Virus record (IMG/VR): IMGVR_UViG_3300027365_000009
Span: 64,001 to 128,000 of that record
Origin: a virus
Strand: one strand, 5' to 3'
DNA: 64,000 nucleotides
The position numbers and the translations under genes are program-made. Positions 45,854-55,747 of the stretch are shown in pieces; position 1 is the stretch's first letter; every line of letters starts with the position of its first letter. Under the pieces are notes generated by a model that saw only the letters and a program-made list of their open reading frames with translations, was not told the DNA's origin and made no database searches.

Positions 45854-46234
45854 ATGTCCGCAAGTGCTGTTTATTCAGATAACGTCCTGATTGATCTCAT
45901 CGCTGAGAAGCTGTCCCAGTACCAGGAGATTCTGATCTCCCGCGTAGCAAGCGGACGTACACAAGACCAATCCATTGAACCCACCATGATCCTGTCAATC
46001 GATGAACTCAAGACCTTGACGGGTCGTCGTCGTGGTCGTCAAGCATTCATCGAAGCATTCATCGAAGGACTTGAAGAAAAGGGCCTTTCTGTGGAACGTC
46101 TCAAACACAACCGTTTTGCGGTAACAAAACCCGCAGATAACCTCCCCACTGAGTTTGATTCATTTGAAGAATTCAGTGAGCTGTATGATGAGGTCATCAG
46201 CGAGTTAGAACTCGAACAGGAAGAAGCCGCTTAA
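45854..46234 (+). CDS. Hypothetical protein
   Basis: 126-aa ORF, AAGGAG RBS, followed by a hairpin at 46243-46263. Confidence 0.65.
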   Translation: MSASAVYSDNVLIDLIAEKLSQYQEILISRVASGRTQDQSIEPTMILSIDELKTLTGRRRGRQAFIEAFIEGLEEKGLSVERLKHNRFAVTKPADNLPTEFDSFEEFSELYDEVISELELEQEEAA

Positions 46235-46297
46235 CTTATAAACGCCCTCCCGCCGGGGAGGGCTATCTATATTCACTTTCACTTTTTTGGAGTTGTT

Positions 46298-47233
46298 ATG
46301 AGTTCGGTTGAGGCCCGTTTAAAAAACTTAGAAGATGCTTTTCGTTATCTCTCTTCTCAGCTCGATGCGGCCTTCCCCACCATGGGACTTGGCGGGGAGA
46401 GCGATGTAATGGACGCCACCCTACGGGAGATTCGTGATTTAACTGCAGAGCAACAGCTTCGCGGGGAAACGGAATCCGCTGAACTCTTCCGTCGTATTGT
46501 CCCGAAACTGGATGCTTCGGTAGGAAAACGTAACGAGACATTCTATCCGCGCGACCTTCTGCGTCCCACAATAGAACGGTACAGTGGGATTCATGCTGTT
46601 GAACGGTGGATGAAGGATTTCTATCTGGGTCGGGGTTTTGATCTTCCTATCATTGCCAGCTTTGCGAAGCAACTCCGAGAGACTTTCATTCGTAAAGCCC
46701 GGGAGAATCCTGTTGAGGAACCACCAACCACAGCCAAGGAAGGTGTGGTATTTCGTCACCGTATGGGACTCTGGTTTCGTATGACAATCGAACACCGGAC
46801 AGGAGAACGTCATCAGGTTGATGTCGGGTGGGAGGATGCCAATAAGTTCGGCTTTGATCTCCAGTGGCCCACCATTCTGATCACCACAGAAGTGGAATGG
46901 GAACCTCGTCCGATTGGACCCCACCGCCGCATTGAGTTACTGCGTTACGATGACCTCACTCGGGTTTTCCGCCAGCTGGCGAAGACCGTAGGAATTGAAC
47001 TCCCCTTCCAACACACCAGCCATTTTAAGCCTGGTCCAATCGACAACCCCGTCGCGGTGGTAGGCTTTGGGAAAAAGGCCCTCAACTGGTCTGTCCATGG
47101 GGAAGTCCTGATCAATAACAGTACCATCGGGACCCCGCATTGGGTACGTATCCCATATGCAGGACTCCATGAACTCCACATGCTCCATCCTGACCACCCC
47201 ATTTCTCAGAAGGTAACCGATGATGATGGATAA
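46298..47233 (+). CDS. Hypothetical protein
   Basis: 311-aa ORF, GGAG RBS. Confidence 0.65.
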   Translation: MSSVEARLKNLEDAFRYLSSQLDAAFPTMGLGGESDVMDATLREIRDLTAEQQLRGETESAELFRRIVPKLDASVGKRNETFYPRDLLRPTIERYSGIHAVERWMKDFYLGRGFDLPIIASFAKQLRETFIRKARENPVEEPPTTAKEGVVFRHRMGLWFRMTIEHRTGERHQVDVGWEDANKFGFDLQWPTILITTEVEWEPRPIGPHRRIELLRYDDLTRVFRQLAKTVGIELPFQHTSHFKPGPIDNPVAVVGFGKKALNWSVHGEVLINNSTIGTPHWVRIPYAGLHELHMLHPDHPISQKVTDDDG

Positions 47234-47771
47234 GTATTACACCGGCGTAGGGAGCCGCAATACCCCAAAGGAAATTCAAGCTTGGGAGAGCCGTCTAGCG
47301 ACCGAACTTGAACAACGTGGATATAAGGTACGCACAGGCGGCGCACAAGGCTCTGACAAGGCATTCGAATGGGGAGTAGGGAATGTGTTCCGCAAAGAGG
47401 TTTACGTCCCTTGGGAGGGCTTTAACGGCTATTCTGAAGGACCTGGAGTCATTGTCGCCCCAACCTTGAACAATTACCATCAAGCGGTTGAGATTGCCGC
47501 CTCCATACACCCCGCTTGGAACCGCCTTACCAGGGGCGCACGCGCGCTACATATCCGCAACGTCTACCAGGTATTGGGACAGGACCTTAATACCCCCAGT
47601 CAGTTTCTTCTGTGCTGGGCCGAGTATCAGGGTAAAACGAGAACGGCGGTAAAAGGCGGGACAAACACTGCCGTGCAGCTGGCACGCCAACATCATGTTC
47701 CAGTGATTAACCTTTTCGGCGCCCCTAGCTACGACGCCATTTACGAAAAAGTCCAACCGTACCTCATTTGA
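47220..47771 (+). CDS. SLOG-superfamily (DprA/Smf-like) protein
   Basis: YTGVGSRNTP, RTGGAQGSDKAFEWG, RNVYQVLG, GGTNTAVQLA..VPVINL. Confidence 0.78.
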   Translation: MMMDKYYTGVGSRNTPKEIQAWESRLATELEQRGYKVRTGGAQGSDKAFEWGVGNVFRKEVYVPWEGFNGYSEGPGVIVAPTLNNYHQAVEIAASIHPAWNRLTRGARALHIRNVYQVLGQDLNTPSQFLLCWAEYQGKTRTAVKGGTNTAVQLARQHHVPVINLFGAPSYDAIYEKVQPYLI

Positions 47772-47808
47772 TCTAACCGAGAGAGTCCCCACGATAGGAG
47801 GGTCTCGT

Positions 47809-48504
47809 ATGGCGCTTCAAATTGGTAAGTTAATAAGGAAGACGTTTGAAAGCCCGGATGGCTTATTTCATCTCTACACCTTATACTGTCCAGGGGGTCA
47901 TTTCGAGACGGCCGTTTACCGTGGAGACGATGCACCACCTCCCAGAAAAACGGTGGAGTATCAACTCAGTGGGGAATGGATCACCCATCCTCGATACGGC
48001 AAAGAGTTCGAGATTTCCCGATGGCAGAAAACAGGCCGACCCGACCATCGTGGAGAAAGTAAAGTCATGTTGCGGGTCATGAAAAAACTCAAGGAGTCCG
48101 ATGTGAAAGACGAAGCATACTACCAGCAAGACCAAGACGTCATCTGGAAACATGAGCGCGATGTATTCATGGAGCAGGTGATCGATGCTGTCGATAAACG
48201 GATCGTACAGGCTGAAGAGGATCTCAACGAGTACCCCGCTGATAAACTCCATGAGTTGATGACTAACCATATCCGCGGTACAGCAGGTGACGTCCTCGGT
48301 GTGTTGGATAACGGCGGATCAGGTCATGGGTATTTTGTTATCGAGAAAACCGACGACCTGGGGATGTTGCCGGCTTCTCAGGAAGTCTATCATCAGTCCC
48401 GAGATAAAGACCAGATGAAGGTGGGTCTGGATATTGCCGAAAAAGGATCTCTTGCAAAAGAACTCCTGGATCGAGTATCTAATCAGGACGACATCGAAGA
48501 GTGA
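47809..48504 (+). CDS. RecD2 N-terminal OB-like domain fused to a hypothetical domain (possible internal start at 48103)
   Basis: YQLSGEWITHPRYGKEFEI resembles the RecD2 N-term GxWxxHPxYGxQF; AAGGAG + GTG at 48103. Confidence 0.55.
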   Translation: MALQIGKLIRKTFESPDGLFHLYTLYCPGGHFETAVYRGDDAPPPRKTVEYQLSGEWITHPRYGKEFEISRWQKTGRPDHRGESKVMLRVMKKLKESDVKDEAYYQQDQDVIWKHERDVFMEQVIDAVDKRIVQAEEDLNEYPADKLHELMTNHIRGTAGDVLGVLDNGGSGHGYFVIEKTDDLGMLPASQEVYHQSRDKDQMKVGLDIAEKGSLAKELLDRVSNQDDIEE

Positions 48505-48510
48505 CATAAC

Positions 48511-48540
48511 AAGCCTCCTTATCGGGAGGCTTTTTTTTTT
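48511..48540 (+). terminator. Intrinsic terminator
   Basis: AAGCCTCC-ttatcg-GGAGGCTT followed by a T tract. Confidence 0.75.
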
Positions 48541-48553
48541 ACATTCCAACCAT

Positions 48554-48571
48554 TTTTAGGTCTATATCACA
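48554..48571 (+). promoter_or_regulatory. Putative early promoter
   Basis: TTTTAGGTCTATATCACA-GACATG. Confidence 0.6.
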
Positions 48572-48616
48572 GACATGAAGAAGCCCACATAACTAAGAAC
48601 CCCAATGGAGTTTCCC

Positions 48617-48745
48617 ATGACCATCGAACAGAAAGTCGCCATGCGCCAAGCCCTTCGCCGCCTGGATCGTCAAGACCTACATAAGAAACGCGAAGAACAG
48701 CGCCGTAAGGCCGCTTTGGCCCGTATTCTGCGCCAACACCAATAA
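48617..48745 (+). CDS. Small basic protein (42 aa)
   Basis: GGAG RBS; MTIEQKVAMRQALRRLDRQDLHKKREEQRRKAALARILRQHQ. Confidence 0.55.
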   Translation: MTIEQKVAMRQALRRLDRQDLHKKREEQRRKAALARILRQHQ

Positions 48746-48790
48746 ATGCTACATACACCATAAAACGAAAGAACCATAAGGAGTACGATC

Positions 48791-49330
48791 ATGAACTTCA
48801 ACTTCGCCAATGCCTCTCTTGCCGGTGAGATGGGTATCCCTGTTAACGAAGAGTATGACATCAACCAGGTTATGAGTGTCTTTAATAACATCAGTGACGC
48901 GGCACGCTCCCGCATTCACGAACTGATTGATGACACACCTGTTGTAGTAATTGACCACATGGAAGTACCAATGGCGGCCGTTGTTGTGTTGAACAATGAG
49001 CCCCACTTTGCCCTGAATGCCGACACCTTCAACAACCTCTTTGAAGGCGAGGAAAACGCCGTCATTGAGATCATTGCGCATGAAGCCTGCCATCTACAGC
49101 AGGTGCGGGATGGACGCCTTATCATCGACAACACTACCCGCACCCTCACCTGGGAAGGGAAAGCGTACGACGCGGATGAGATTGACCCCTACGACGAATC
49201 CTATCTGGATCTCCCATGGGAGTTTGAAGCCCATGAGGCGGGACTCAAAGAACTGGTTAAACTCGGCCGGTTTGATTCCTTAGACGAAGGGTGGGCTACC
49301 CTTCGTGAAGCATACCAGAACCTGATCTAA
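48791..49330 (+). CDS. Zincin-like metallopeptidase
   Basis: IIAHEACHLQQ (HExxH) and YLDLPWEFEA. Confidence 0.75.
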   Translation: MNFNFANASLAGEMGIPVNEEYDINQVMSVFNNISDAARSRIHELIDDTPVVVIDHMEVPMAAVVVLNNEPHFALNADTFNNLFEGEENAVIEIIAHEACHLQQVRDGRLIIDNTTRTLTWEGKAYDADEIDPYDESYLDLPWEFEAHEAGLKELVKLGRFDSLDEGWATLREAYQNLI

Positions 49331-49357
49331 CCCAACGAAAGAAAAAAGGAAACCAAA

Positions 49358-49621
49358 ATGACCACTATCGCTATCCTCGATATCGCTCTCTTCATCGCCT
49401 TCACCGGCATGGCCGTACTGAAAGCGGCCAGTTGCTGGGATCATAAAGACATCCCCGATCGTCGGGATATCGCTGCTTGGACCGTTGCCCTGTGTGTTAT
49501 CGCCTACGGACTGAGCGCCATCCTAGGACTCGTCTTTGCTGCGCTTGGCATGTTTGTATGGGCCCTCTCTGTTGTAGTAAAAGGTTTGACGTTACGTTTC
49601 AATCGTCATCTCGCGGAATAA
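49358..49621 (+). CDS. Small membrane protein
   Basis: Two to three hydrophobic segments; AAGGA RBS; followed by a terminator at 49626-49653. Confidence 0.65.
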   Translation: MTTIAILDIALFIAFTGMAVLKAASCWDHKDIPDRRDIAAWTVALCVIAYGLSAILGLVFAALGMFVWALSVVVKGLTLRFNRHLAE

Positions 49622-49678
49622 CATCAAGGGCCCACAACGGGCCCTTATTTTTTACTTGTAAACCCGAAGGTACTGACC

Positions 49679-50245
49679 ATGTACACCGATATGTCTTTAT
49701 TCAACGCCGATACCCGCCAATGTTTTCAAGACTTTCTTGGCGAGCTTCTTCTCGCACATGGGGAGGGGGAAGTCCCGGACTTTGCACTGAAGGAAAACGA
49801 CCGCCCAGATAAATGTGATCGCAATACCCTGTATGTTGATATATGCCGCGATGTAGTTGAGTTACGTCGTCCTTTCCCCCAAATGCATGGACTGATTGAT
49901 CACTTGGTCGAGCGTGTAAGTCTTCCTTACCTGTTGACTAAAAAACCTGATCAAGGTGTTGTCTCAATCACAGATGCGATGTCGGGACTCCTTCAACGGC
50001 TCTACCCGAGTCATCAAAAGATTCATCGCCTTAAGTTAGACCATGACAACCGATTTGGGCGCGATGTGGTCAACTATGCAACTTTCCGAAATGAACTGCG
50101 AGCGTCGTTCTATCGGTTAGAGAAAGAACCCGCCGTAAAGGCGGTAAGGATCGCCATCACCTCTTCGGGCATGGTGTCGATCACAGTAATGAGTAGCCGT
50201 GGAATTCCCATTTCCGAATACACCCGCCGTTTCACTTTCCAATAA
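49679..50245 (+). CDS. Hypothetical protein
   Basis: 188-aa ORF. Confidence 0.6.
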   Translation: MYTDMSLFNADTRQCFQDFLGELLLAHGEGEVPDFALKENDRPDKCDRNTLYVDICRDVVELRRPFPQMHGLIDHLVERVSLPYLLTKKPDQGVVSITDAMSGLLQRLYPSHQKIHRLKLDHDNRFGRDVVNYATFRNELRASFYRLEKEPAVKAVRIAITSSGMVSITVMSSRGIPISEYTRRFTFQ

Positions 50246-50255
50246 AGGAATACTC

Positions 50256-50417
50256 ATGGCCGATAATAGTCTTAATGCCCTGATGAAACAGTATCAGGAT
50301 ACCAATCGGGAACATCCGGAACCGTCACCACAGAAGGTGTTGAAAAACGAACTCGATCGGGCCTTCGAGCGTAGCCGTACTCACCGAACGGTGGAAATCA
50401 ACTTTATCGGTCTCTAA
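50256..50417 (+). CDS. Small hypothetical protein
   Basis: MADNSLN after AAGGA RBS. Confidence 0.55.
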   Translation: MADNSLNALMKQYQDTNREHPEPSPQKVLKNELDRAFERSRTHRTVEINFIGL

Positions 50418-50427
50418 GGAAAACATC

Positions 50428-51228
50428 ATGAAAACGTTCATCTACATTGTACTAAGCTTTCTGTTTTTCGGTATCACGGCCGAAGCCCATGCCGACTGGT
50501 GGTATAAAGAAACACCCTCTTTTCTGAGCGACCAGTACCCTGACACGCTTTCCTGCCGTACAGACGGTTTAAACCACTCGGGGAAATTGAGTGTTCTCTG
50601 TTATCCTAAAGGGATTGCAGCTACGGAACAAGTCCTGGTGAAAACCACCGACGGGAAGGTTCAGGTCGAAAGCCATGACACTGTGGCCATAGCGAATTGC
50701 AGTCAGGGTCTGTGTGTGGATACGCGCTACGGCGATTACATGGGAAAACTGGACCTTTCGCGTCTTCCCGACGCTTCAAGAAAAATACTCGGGTTAGATT
50801 TCATTAAGGTCTTCAGTGGGTACTACCTCCATCTCAACGACGACGATATCATCGTTGCCTATCGGGTGGGGACAGGTCCGTTAGCGGACGATTTCCCGAT
50901 TCCACTGATCGAAGACGACGCTGGTGCATTCTATCATGACCTGGCGGGTGTCGAGGAGACCACTGAGTCGGCGATCACCGTCAGCGCACCCCAGGGATCG
51001 TCCATGTCCGGAGGTCAAACTGACGAAACCTACGATCTCTGGTGCGACCCTCGAGGAGATTACTGCTATTACACTACCGACGATGGGACGGGATACGAGC
51101 TCACACGTGAAGAGCTCACTACGTACATCCCGATCGCACAGGACACCAGTGATTGCGACATGGAAGTGTGCTATGATGCTGACATGAATGTCATTGGTCT
51201 CAATCCTCAATATCACCTCTACGATTGA
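50428..51228 (+). CDS. Secreted/periplasmic Cys-containing protein
   Basis: Signal peptide MKTFIYIVLSFLFFGITAEAHA; paired Cys; acidic. Confidence 0.65.
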   Translation: MKTFIYIVLSFLFFGITAEAHADWWYKETPSFLSDQYPDTLSCRTDGLNHSGKLSVLCYPKGIAATEQVLVKTTDGKVQVESHDTVAIANCSQGLCVDTRYGDYMGKLDLSRLPDASRKILGLDFIKVFSGYYLHLNDDDIIVAYRVGTGPLADDFPIPLIEDDAGAFYHDLAGVEETTESAITVSAPQGSSMSGGQTDETYDLWCDPRGDYCYYTTDDGTGYELTREELTTYIPIAQDTSDCDMEVCYDADMNVIGLNPQYHLYD

Positions 51229-51284
51229 CCTACGCAGCACCGATTACCGAAGTTACTCACCAACGAAATTATAAAGAGGACTCT

Positions 51285-51875
51285 ATGTCAAATCTGCTGG
51301 CCAACATCCTGGAAGAGGACGTTCGCATGACCCAATACAAAAAAGCGCTGAAGGCGCTGGAGGACGTCATCCGTGATGACGAGTATCGGACCATTGAGGA
51401 CTCCGCTGTCGCGCAAGCTGGAGTGGTTGTCGCGGACTTCACGTTGGGTGCTGTCGCCCTGCGGTGGATCTTCACCAACTACACCTATTTCTTCATTGAT
51501 CTGATGAAGGAAATGGGTCGGCTGAGTTACGTCCTTAAGGATCGTCAAACCAAGTACGATCCCTATAAGACATCGGTGTCGATGATCGCCACATTCTGCT
51601 TGTGGGTAGTAAAAGATTATGCCGCTGAGCGGGAAGGTCGTATCACACCCGCAATGGGTCTCAGAGAAGCGAACCGCGTGATGCGTTCACTGAAAGTCCC
51701 GGATGACATTCAAATTCACGTTCGGTCGGCGTTCCGACACCATTTCAGGCTGTACATCTCGGAATCCGGATGCTACCACTGTGGTCTTACCCAGATGGTA
51801 GCGGAGGGTACAGTCTCCCCCAAAACGGGCTGGGGGAGCGGCACGGTCGTTCGCCTTCCCTCAGGTAACAAGTGA
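51285..51875 (+). CDS. Hypothetical protein
   Basis: MSNLLAN after GAGGA RBS; terminator at 51884-51927. Confidence 0.65.
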   Translation: MSNLLANILEEDVRMTQYKKALKALEDVIRDDEYRTIEDSAVAQAGVVVADFTLGAVALRWIFTNYTYFFIDLMKEMGRLSYVLKDRQTKYDPYKTSVSMIATFCLWVVKDYAAEREGRITPAMGLREANRVMRSLKVPDDIQIHVRSAFRHHFRLYISESGCYHCGLTQMVAEGTVSPKTGWGSGTVVRLPSGNK

Positions 51876-51965
51876 GTGATCCATGAGGCCCCCGCGGGGG
51901 TCTCTTTTTTTTTTCGTTTTTTTTTTTGTTCCCAATCACATGTACTAACTACAACAGGGAACAGA

Positions 51966-52352
51966 ATGATGCCATCTACCACCTACGCAGCCACTGAGCG
52001 TGTTAAACTCCAAGATCCGCTATTATTAAAGTATGCTGCATTGGCTGCCAATTACACCATTCATGACGTATTGCCTTCAGGGGAATTGCTCATCGGTGAA
52101 TATCCCGAAGGTTACTGGAATCCCCTATCCTGTAGCGTAAGTGCCCTACACCTGACAGGAACGCTCAGTATGAGTGTCTCTTCGGTATTACAGCAAGGTC
52201 ACGGCGTGATGCCCTATTACCAGATTACGGTGTGGTCGCCTTATCTCCCCGGACGACCATTGATTCTCCACGGAAGCCAATACCCGCAGCTTTATCGGGA
52301 CGCCGTCACGCTCCTGGCGGCACAATGCTACATCGCGACCATCGACGATTAA
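51966..52352 (+). CDS. Hypothetical protein
   Basis: Likely start at 51966; WNPL..ALHL motif. Confidence 0.55.
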   Translation: MMPSTTYAATERVKLQDPLLLKYAALAANYTIHDVLPSGELLIGEYPEGYWNPLSCSVSALHLTGTLSMSVSSVLQQGHGVMPYYQITVWSPYLPGRPLILHGSQYPQLYRDAVTLLAAQCYIATIDD

Positions 52353-52363
52353 AAGGAAACCCC

Positions 52364-52795
52364 ATGTACTTCTTTATTGATTGTGAGTTTAACTCGTTAG
52401 GCGGGAACCTCATTTCTTTGGCGCTAGTAGCGGAAGACGGAGTGCATGAGTTCTATGAGGTGTTAAAACTCAACGAACCGATAGATCCCTGGGTCGAAGA
52501 AAACGTCATGCCTCATCTTGAGAAAGACGCCATCGAATATGCGATCTTCCAAGACAAGCTAAAGAAGTTCCTCAAGCAATTCCCTAAAGTCCACGTGCTT
52601 GCCGATTACCCCATCGATTTGAAACACTTCTGTCAATCGATCGAAACGGGTGCCGGAGATTGGATGGAAATTCAGCCCCTGGTACTTGAAATTGACGACG
52701 ATTTGTCAGCTAAGGCATCCAAGGTCCCACACAACGCTCTACATGATGCTCGGGCCCTGAGGGAGTCATGGTTGAAAAAGGAAGGAGTACTTTAA
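52364..52795 (+). CDS. DEDDh 3'-5' exonuclease
   Basis: FFIDCEFN..LISLALV, WVEENVMPHL, HNALHDARAL. Confidence 0.82.
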   Translation: MYFFIDCEFNSLGGNLISLALVAEDGVHEFYEVLKLNEPIDPWVEENVMPHLEKDAIEYAIFQDKLKKFLKQFPKVHVLADYPIDLKHFCQSIETGAGDWMEIQPLVLEIDDDLSAKASKVPHNALHDARALRESWLKKEGVL

Positions 52796-52796
52796 G

Positions 52797-53528
52797 ATGT
52801 CCAAGCCACACACTCGCCACACAATGAAATATCAAAAACCCCTGTCGCCTGAAGAGTTGGTGGTTAAGAAACCTCAACGCAGAAGCTCGGGCGAAGGATT
52901 GCTACGCCGATTGATGGCGAGTAGCTACCCTCACGCCATATTTGCCAACACAGCTTATAAGCTGGTAGATGGGATCGATAAAGAACAATTCGAGCTTTCT
53001 CAAGAACAAATCCTCAGTGAGTTGGCTAAAGTGGAAGGAGAATTTAGCTTTCTCGACTTCCCACGTTACATCGAACTAAAGCGTCACGACGAGGGTATAG
53101 TTGTTACCTTTCGCCGCCTAATACTCGACGATTCCGCATCGACCATTAAAGACCAACGCCACCACCATGAGGATTTAGCGGAATACCACCTCAATGTTGA
53201 TGATTCTGTCGTAATTGATCGGGTTGAAGACATTGTTATGGAGTGGGCTAATGCCCATTATCACGTAGCCGTTCCGTTCCAGCTTCGGACGAAGAACATT
53301 AATGATTCAGAATGGGTTCTTCAGAGCAAAGTAATGAAAGCGGAACGTAACACATGGGACCTTAGAGATGTGAAGTTTGCAAAAGAAGCCCACAACGGCG
53401 TGTTTTCTGATGTAGTAAACGCGATGAAAGCGAGTATGGAGAAACCGCGGTTTCATGTCGCCATGACCCCCAAAGCCATCTTCTGTTTTGATCAGGGTCT
53501 AAAGATCACTACTGCCCGTATTAAGTAA
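52797..53528 (+). CDS. Hypothetical protein
   Basis: 243-aa ORF, AAGGAG RBS. Confidence 0.65.
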   Translation: MSKPHTRHTMKYQKPLSPEELVVKKPQRRSSGEGLLRRLMASSYPHAIFANTAYKLVDGIDKEQFELSQEQILSELAKVEGEFSFLDFPRYIELKRHDEGIVVTFRRLILDDSASTIKDQRHHHEDLAEYHLNVDDSVVIDRVEDIVMEWANAHYHVAVPFQLRTKNINDSEWVLQSKVMKAERNTWDLRDVKFAKEAHNGVFSDVVNAMKASMEKPRFHVAMTPKAIFCFDQGLKITTARIK

Positions 53529-53536
53529 CGGCATAC

Positions 53537-53566
53537 ACTCCCTCCCGGTATGGGAGGGAGGTATGT
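53537..53566. terminator. Bidirectional hairpin between convergent genes
   Basis: CTCCCTCCC-ggtat-GGGAGGGAG flanked by GGCATAC/GTATGTC. Confidence 0.65.
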
Positions 53567-53568
53567 CA

Positions 53569-55362
53569 TTAAATGGGAGTGAGACCCACGCCATCGTAAT
53601 TAAACGGATTGCCTGTGGACGCGGATTGAATGGTGCAGGGGTACGGTAGTATCTTTTTCAATTCAGAAAATGCCTTAAACTCCCACGACCCCACAACTGG
53701 ATCAAACACACCAAAGGTTATTCCCTGTTCATCCATGATGTACCATGTATCGTCACCAACTACATTTAGTTCGGCATCAATATCCCCACTCGTTGCCACT
53801 GTATGTGGAGTGACAGTGGGGAACGTATTACCCCCACCCTCTAACAAAGCGCGCTGCTCTAGGCTGATTCTCTGCAACACCGCCGCCAATGAGAGATAAC
53901 TGCCACCGTAGTGTCGCGTTACATAATCCGCTAACTCCTCGACGAGGCTATAGCGATTTAGTCCTGACGCATCGACACTTTGAAGCTCTTCTAGTGTTAG
54001 TGATGTGTTGTAAGAGCCTGACAGAGGGATGGGTTGCGTTTCTACCGAATGCGTTGATGCATACCGGATTGGGGCATCAATCTGTATATCGACAGTGACG
54101 TTATCGAAAGTTGGGAACCCAGTACTTCCTGGAATTGCCCATTGATAAGTGGTACCATCGGTCTGGTTTGTCTGAAACGTGCCCGCAAACACCCCGTCGA
54201 CGTAAATGCGCCCAAATAACGTACCCAATTCCGCATCAAGATTTTCGATGCGTATATCGCCGATACCACGAAATGTGGTTAGTCCTCTGGCGGTAGGGAC
54301 GGTTCGATCCAGCCTTCCTGGATAGATAAACTCTCCGTCCACCACCGTGAAGGCATAACGTTCGGTTACCACAGAGCCATCGTCCATCAAGCCCAGGAAA
54401 TTAACTTCATGCTTTCCTGGAATGGTCAGGTCGGTAGGTGGGATTGATGTCGGACTATACGTCGTGACTTCTGTCACCACCACACGGGATTCTGATCCCC
54501 CCGCCCAAATGTCTTCTGCGTCAGCCATTCCACTGTAAAGTGGGTGGTCGCCGTACGTACTCCTTAAAAACCCCACATTGACTGGTGTGCGATCATAGTC
54601 ATCCGTGAAATAAGCGCCGAAGTTAACAGCAATCCGATTCACTAGCGTAAAGAACCCAGTGTGGGGGAGCATTGCCGCATCCATCCCCGAGAGTACCGGA
54701 CCATGATCTGTAATCAAGATCATTCCATTACCCTGTTCTCTGTATGTCACAATATCCTGAACAGAAGAGTTAGTAATAACGTCGAAGTTATCGGTAGCGA
54801 CACTTGCCATGACAATGATGCATGCGTACTGATCAAGTTCAGCAAACGTGGGGGTGAGAGTACCACCCCAGTCGTCTCGGTCTTTTATTGTGAGCGTAAA
54901 TCCCGCAATATTACACAATCGCTCAAAACTCGTTCTAAAGTCGCTTGCGTTGGTCCCCTTTAGTGAATATGATTGGCCTAATATAGCATCACCGAAGGCC
55001 AGGACTTTTTTATTGCCCGCTGCAACTTTTTCGGGGTTAGCGGTAAAGTTCAACGCGTTATATAGAAACTTGAAACTCCCATTAAGATCCCCGAACGTGG
55101 TGTCGGTACTCAATGGACCATTTGTGTTGTAAAATTTAGGGAATCCCCCGTCATACACTACATTCCCTTTCCCGTCTTGGGTGACAGCAAGGAAGGGATT
55201 CGGGGGGTTGAGAGTATCGTACGCAATATACTCGGAAATGGCAGGAGGAAGGGAGTTAATCGAACTCGCCACTTGACGTACTGACGGATTAGCAGTCCAG
55301 TTGATGGTCTGGGTGGTACTATAATAGCGAGGTTCTTTATCCGGGGTAAAGACAGCCATCAT
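53569..55362 (-). CDS. Probable virion-associated protein
   Basis: 597 aa, late-strand orientation; VVYDGGFPKFYN and ILITDHG segments; AGGAGG RBS. Confidence 0.6.
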   Translation of the reverse strand: MMAVFTPDKEPRYYSTTQTINWTANPSVRQVASSINSLPPAISEYIAYDTLNPPNPFLAVTQDGKGNVVYDGGFPKFYNTNGPLSTDTTFGDLNGSFKFLYNALNFTANPEKVAAGNKKVLAFGDAILGQSYSLKGTNASDFRTSFERLCNIAGFTLTIKDRDDWGGTLTPTFAELDQYACIIVMASVATDNFDVITNSSVQDIVTYREQGNGMILITDHGPVLSGMDAAMLPHTGFFTLVNRIAVNFGAYFTDDYDRTPVNVGFLRSTYGDHPLYSGMADAEDIWAGGSESRVVVTEVTTYSPTSIPPTDLTIPGKHEVNFLGLMDDGSVVTERYAFTVVDGEFIYPGRLDRTVPTARGLTTFRGIGDIRIENLDAELGTLFGRIYVDGVFAGTFQTNQTDGTTYQWAIPGSTGFPTFDNVTVDIQIDAPIRYASTHSVETQPIPLSGSYNTSLTLEELQSVDASGLNRYSLVEELADYVTRHYGGSYLSLAAVLQRISLEQRALLEGGGNTFPTVTPHTVATSGDIDAELNVVGDDTWYIMDEQGITFGVFDPVVGSWEFKAFSELKKILPYPCTIQSASTGNPFNYDGVGLTPI

Positions 55363-55369
55363 AGCCTCC

Positions 55370-55732
55370 TTAGGTCAGACGTGGGACGTCGATGCGGACA
55401 TGACATGTCACACTGCTGGTTCGGTAGTTATGTAGTCTTACCGTCCCAGTGGCGTTGGCACCAACGGTGATTACGCCCTCTGAGTTGATGTACAAATTAT
55501 GCGTTGGTGATGTGGTTTCATCATCTAATACTTTAACTTCAACACGTGCGGAGAGTAGATCATAGTTGGCGGAATCCGCCCCAATCAGGGCGGCGACATC
55601 ATAGTCTTTAGTTCCATTGCCACTTAATGTGACTTGCTCCGATATCAGAGCGATACCTAGGTTGGATCTAAGGTAGTCTTTTATTGCCTGGGTATAGTTG
55701 CTAATCGACGTGGTTAAGTCAGCTAGTGCCAT
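55370..55732 (-). CDS. Probable virion-associated small protein
   Basis: 120-aa ORF, AGGAG RBS, co-transcribed with 53569..55362. Confidence 0.6.
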   Translation of the reverse strand: MALADLTTSISNYTQAIKDYLRSNLGIALISEQVTLSGNGTKDYDVAALIGADSANYDLLSARVEVKVLDDETTSPTHNLYINSEGVITVGANATGTVRLHNYRTSSVTCHVRIDVPRLT

Positions 55733-55747
55733 AAGGAATGCTCCTGT

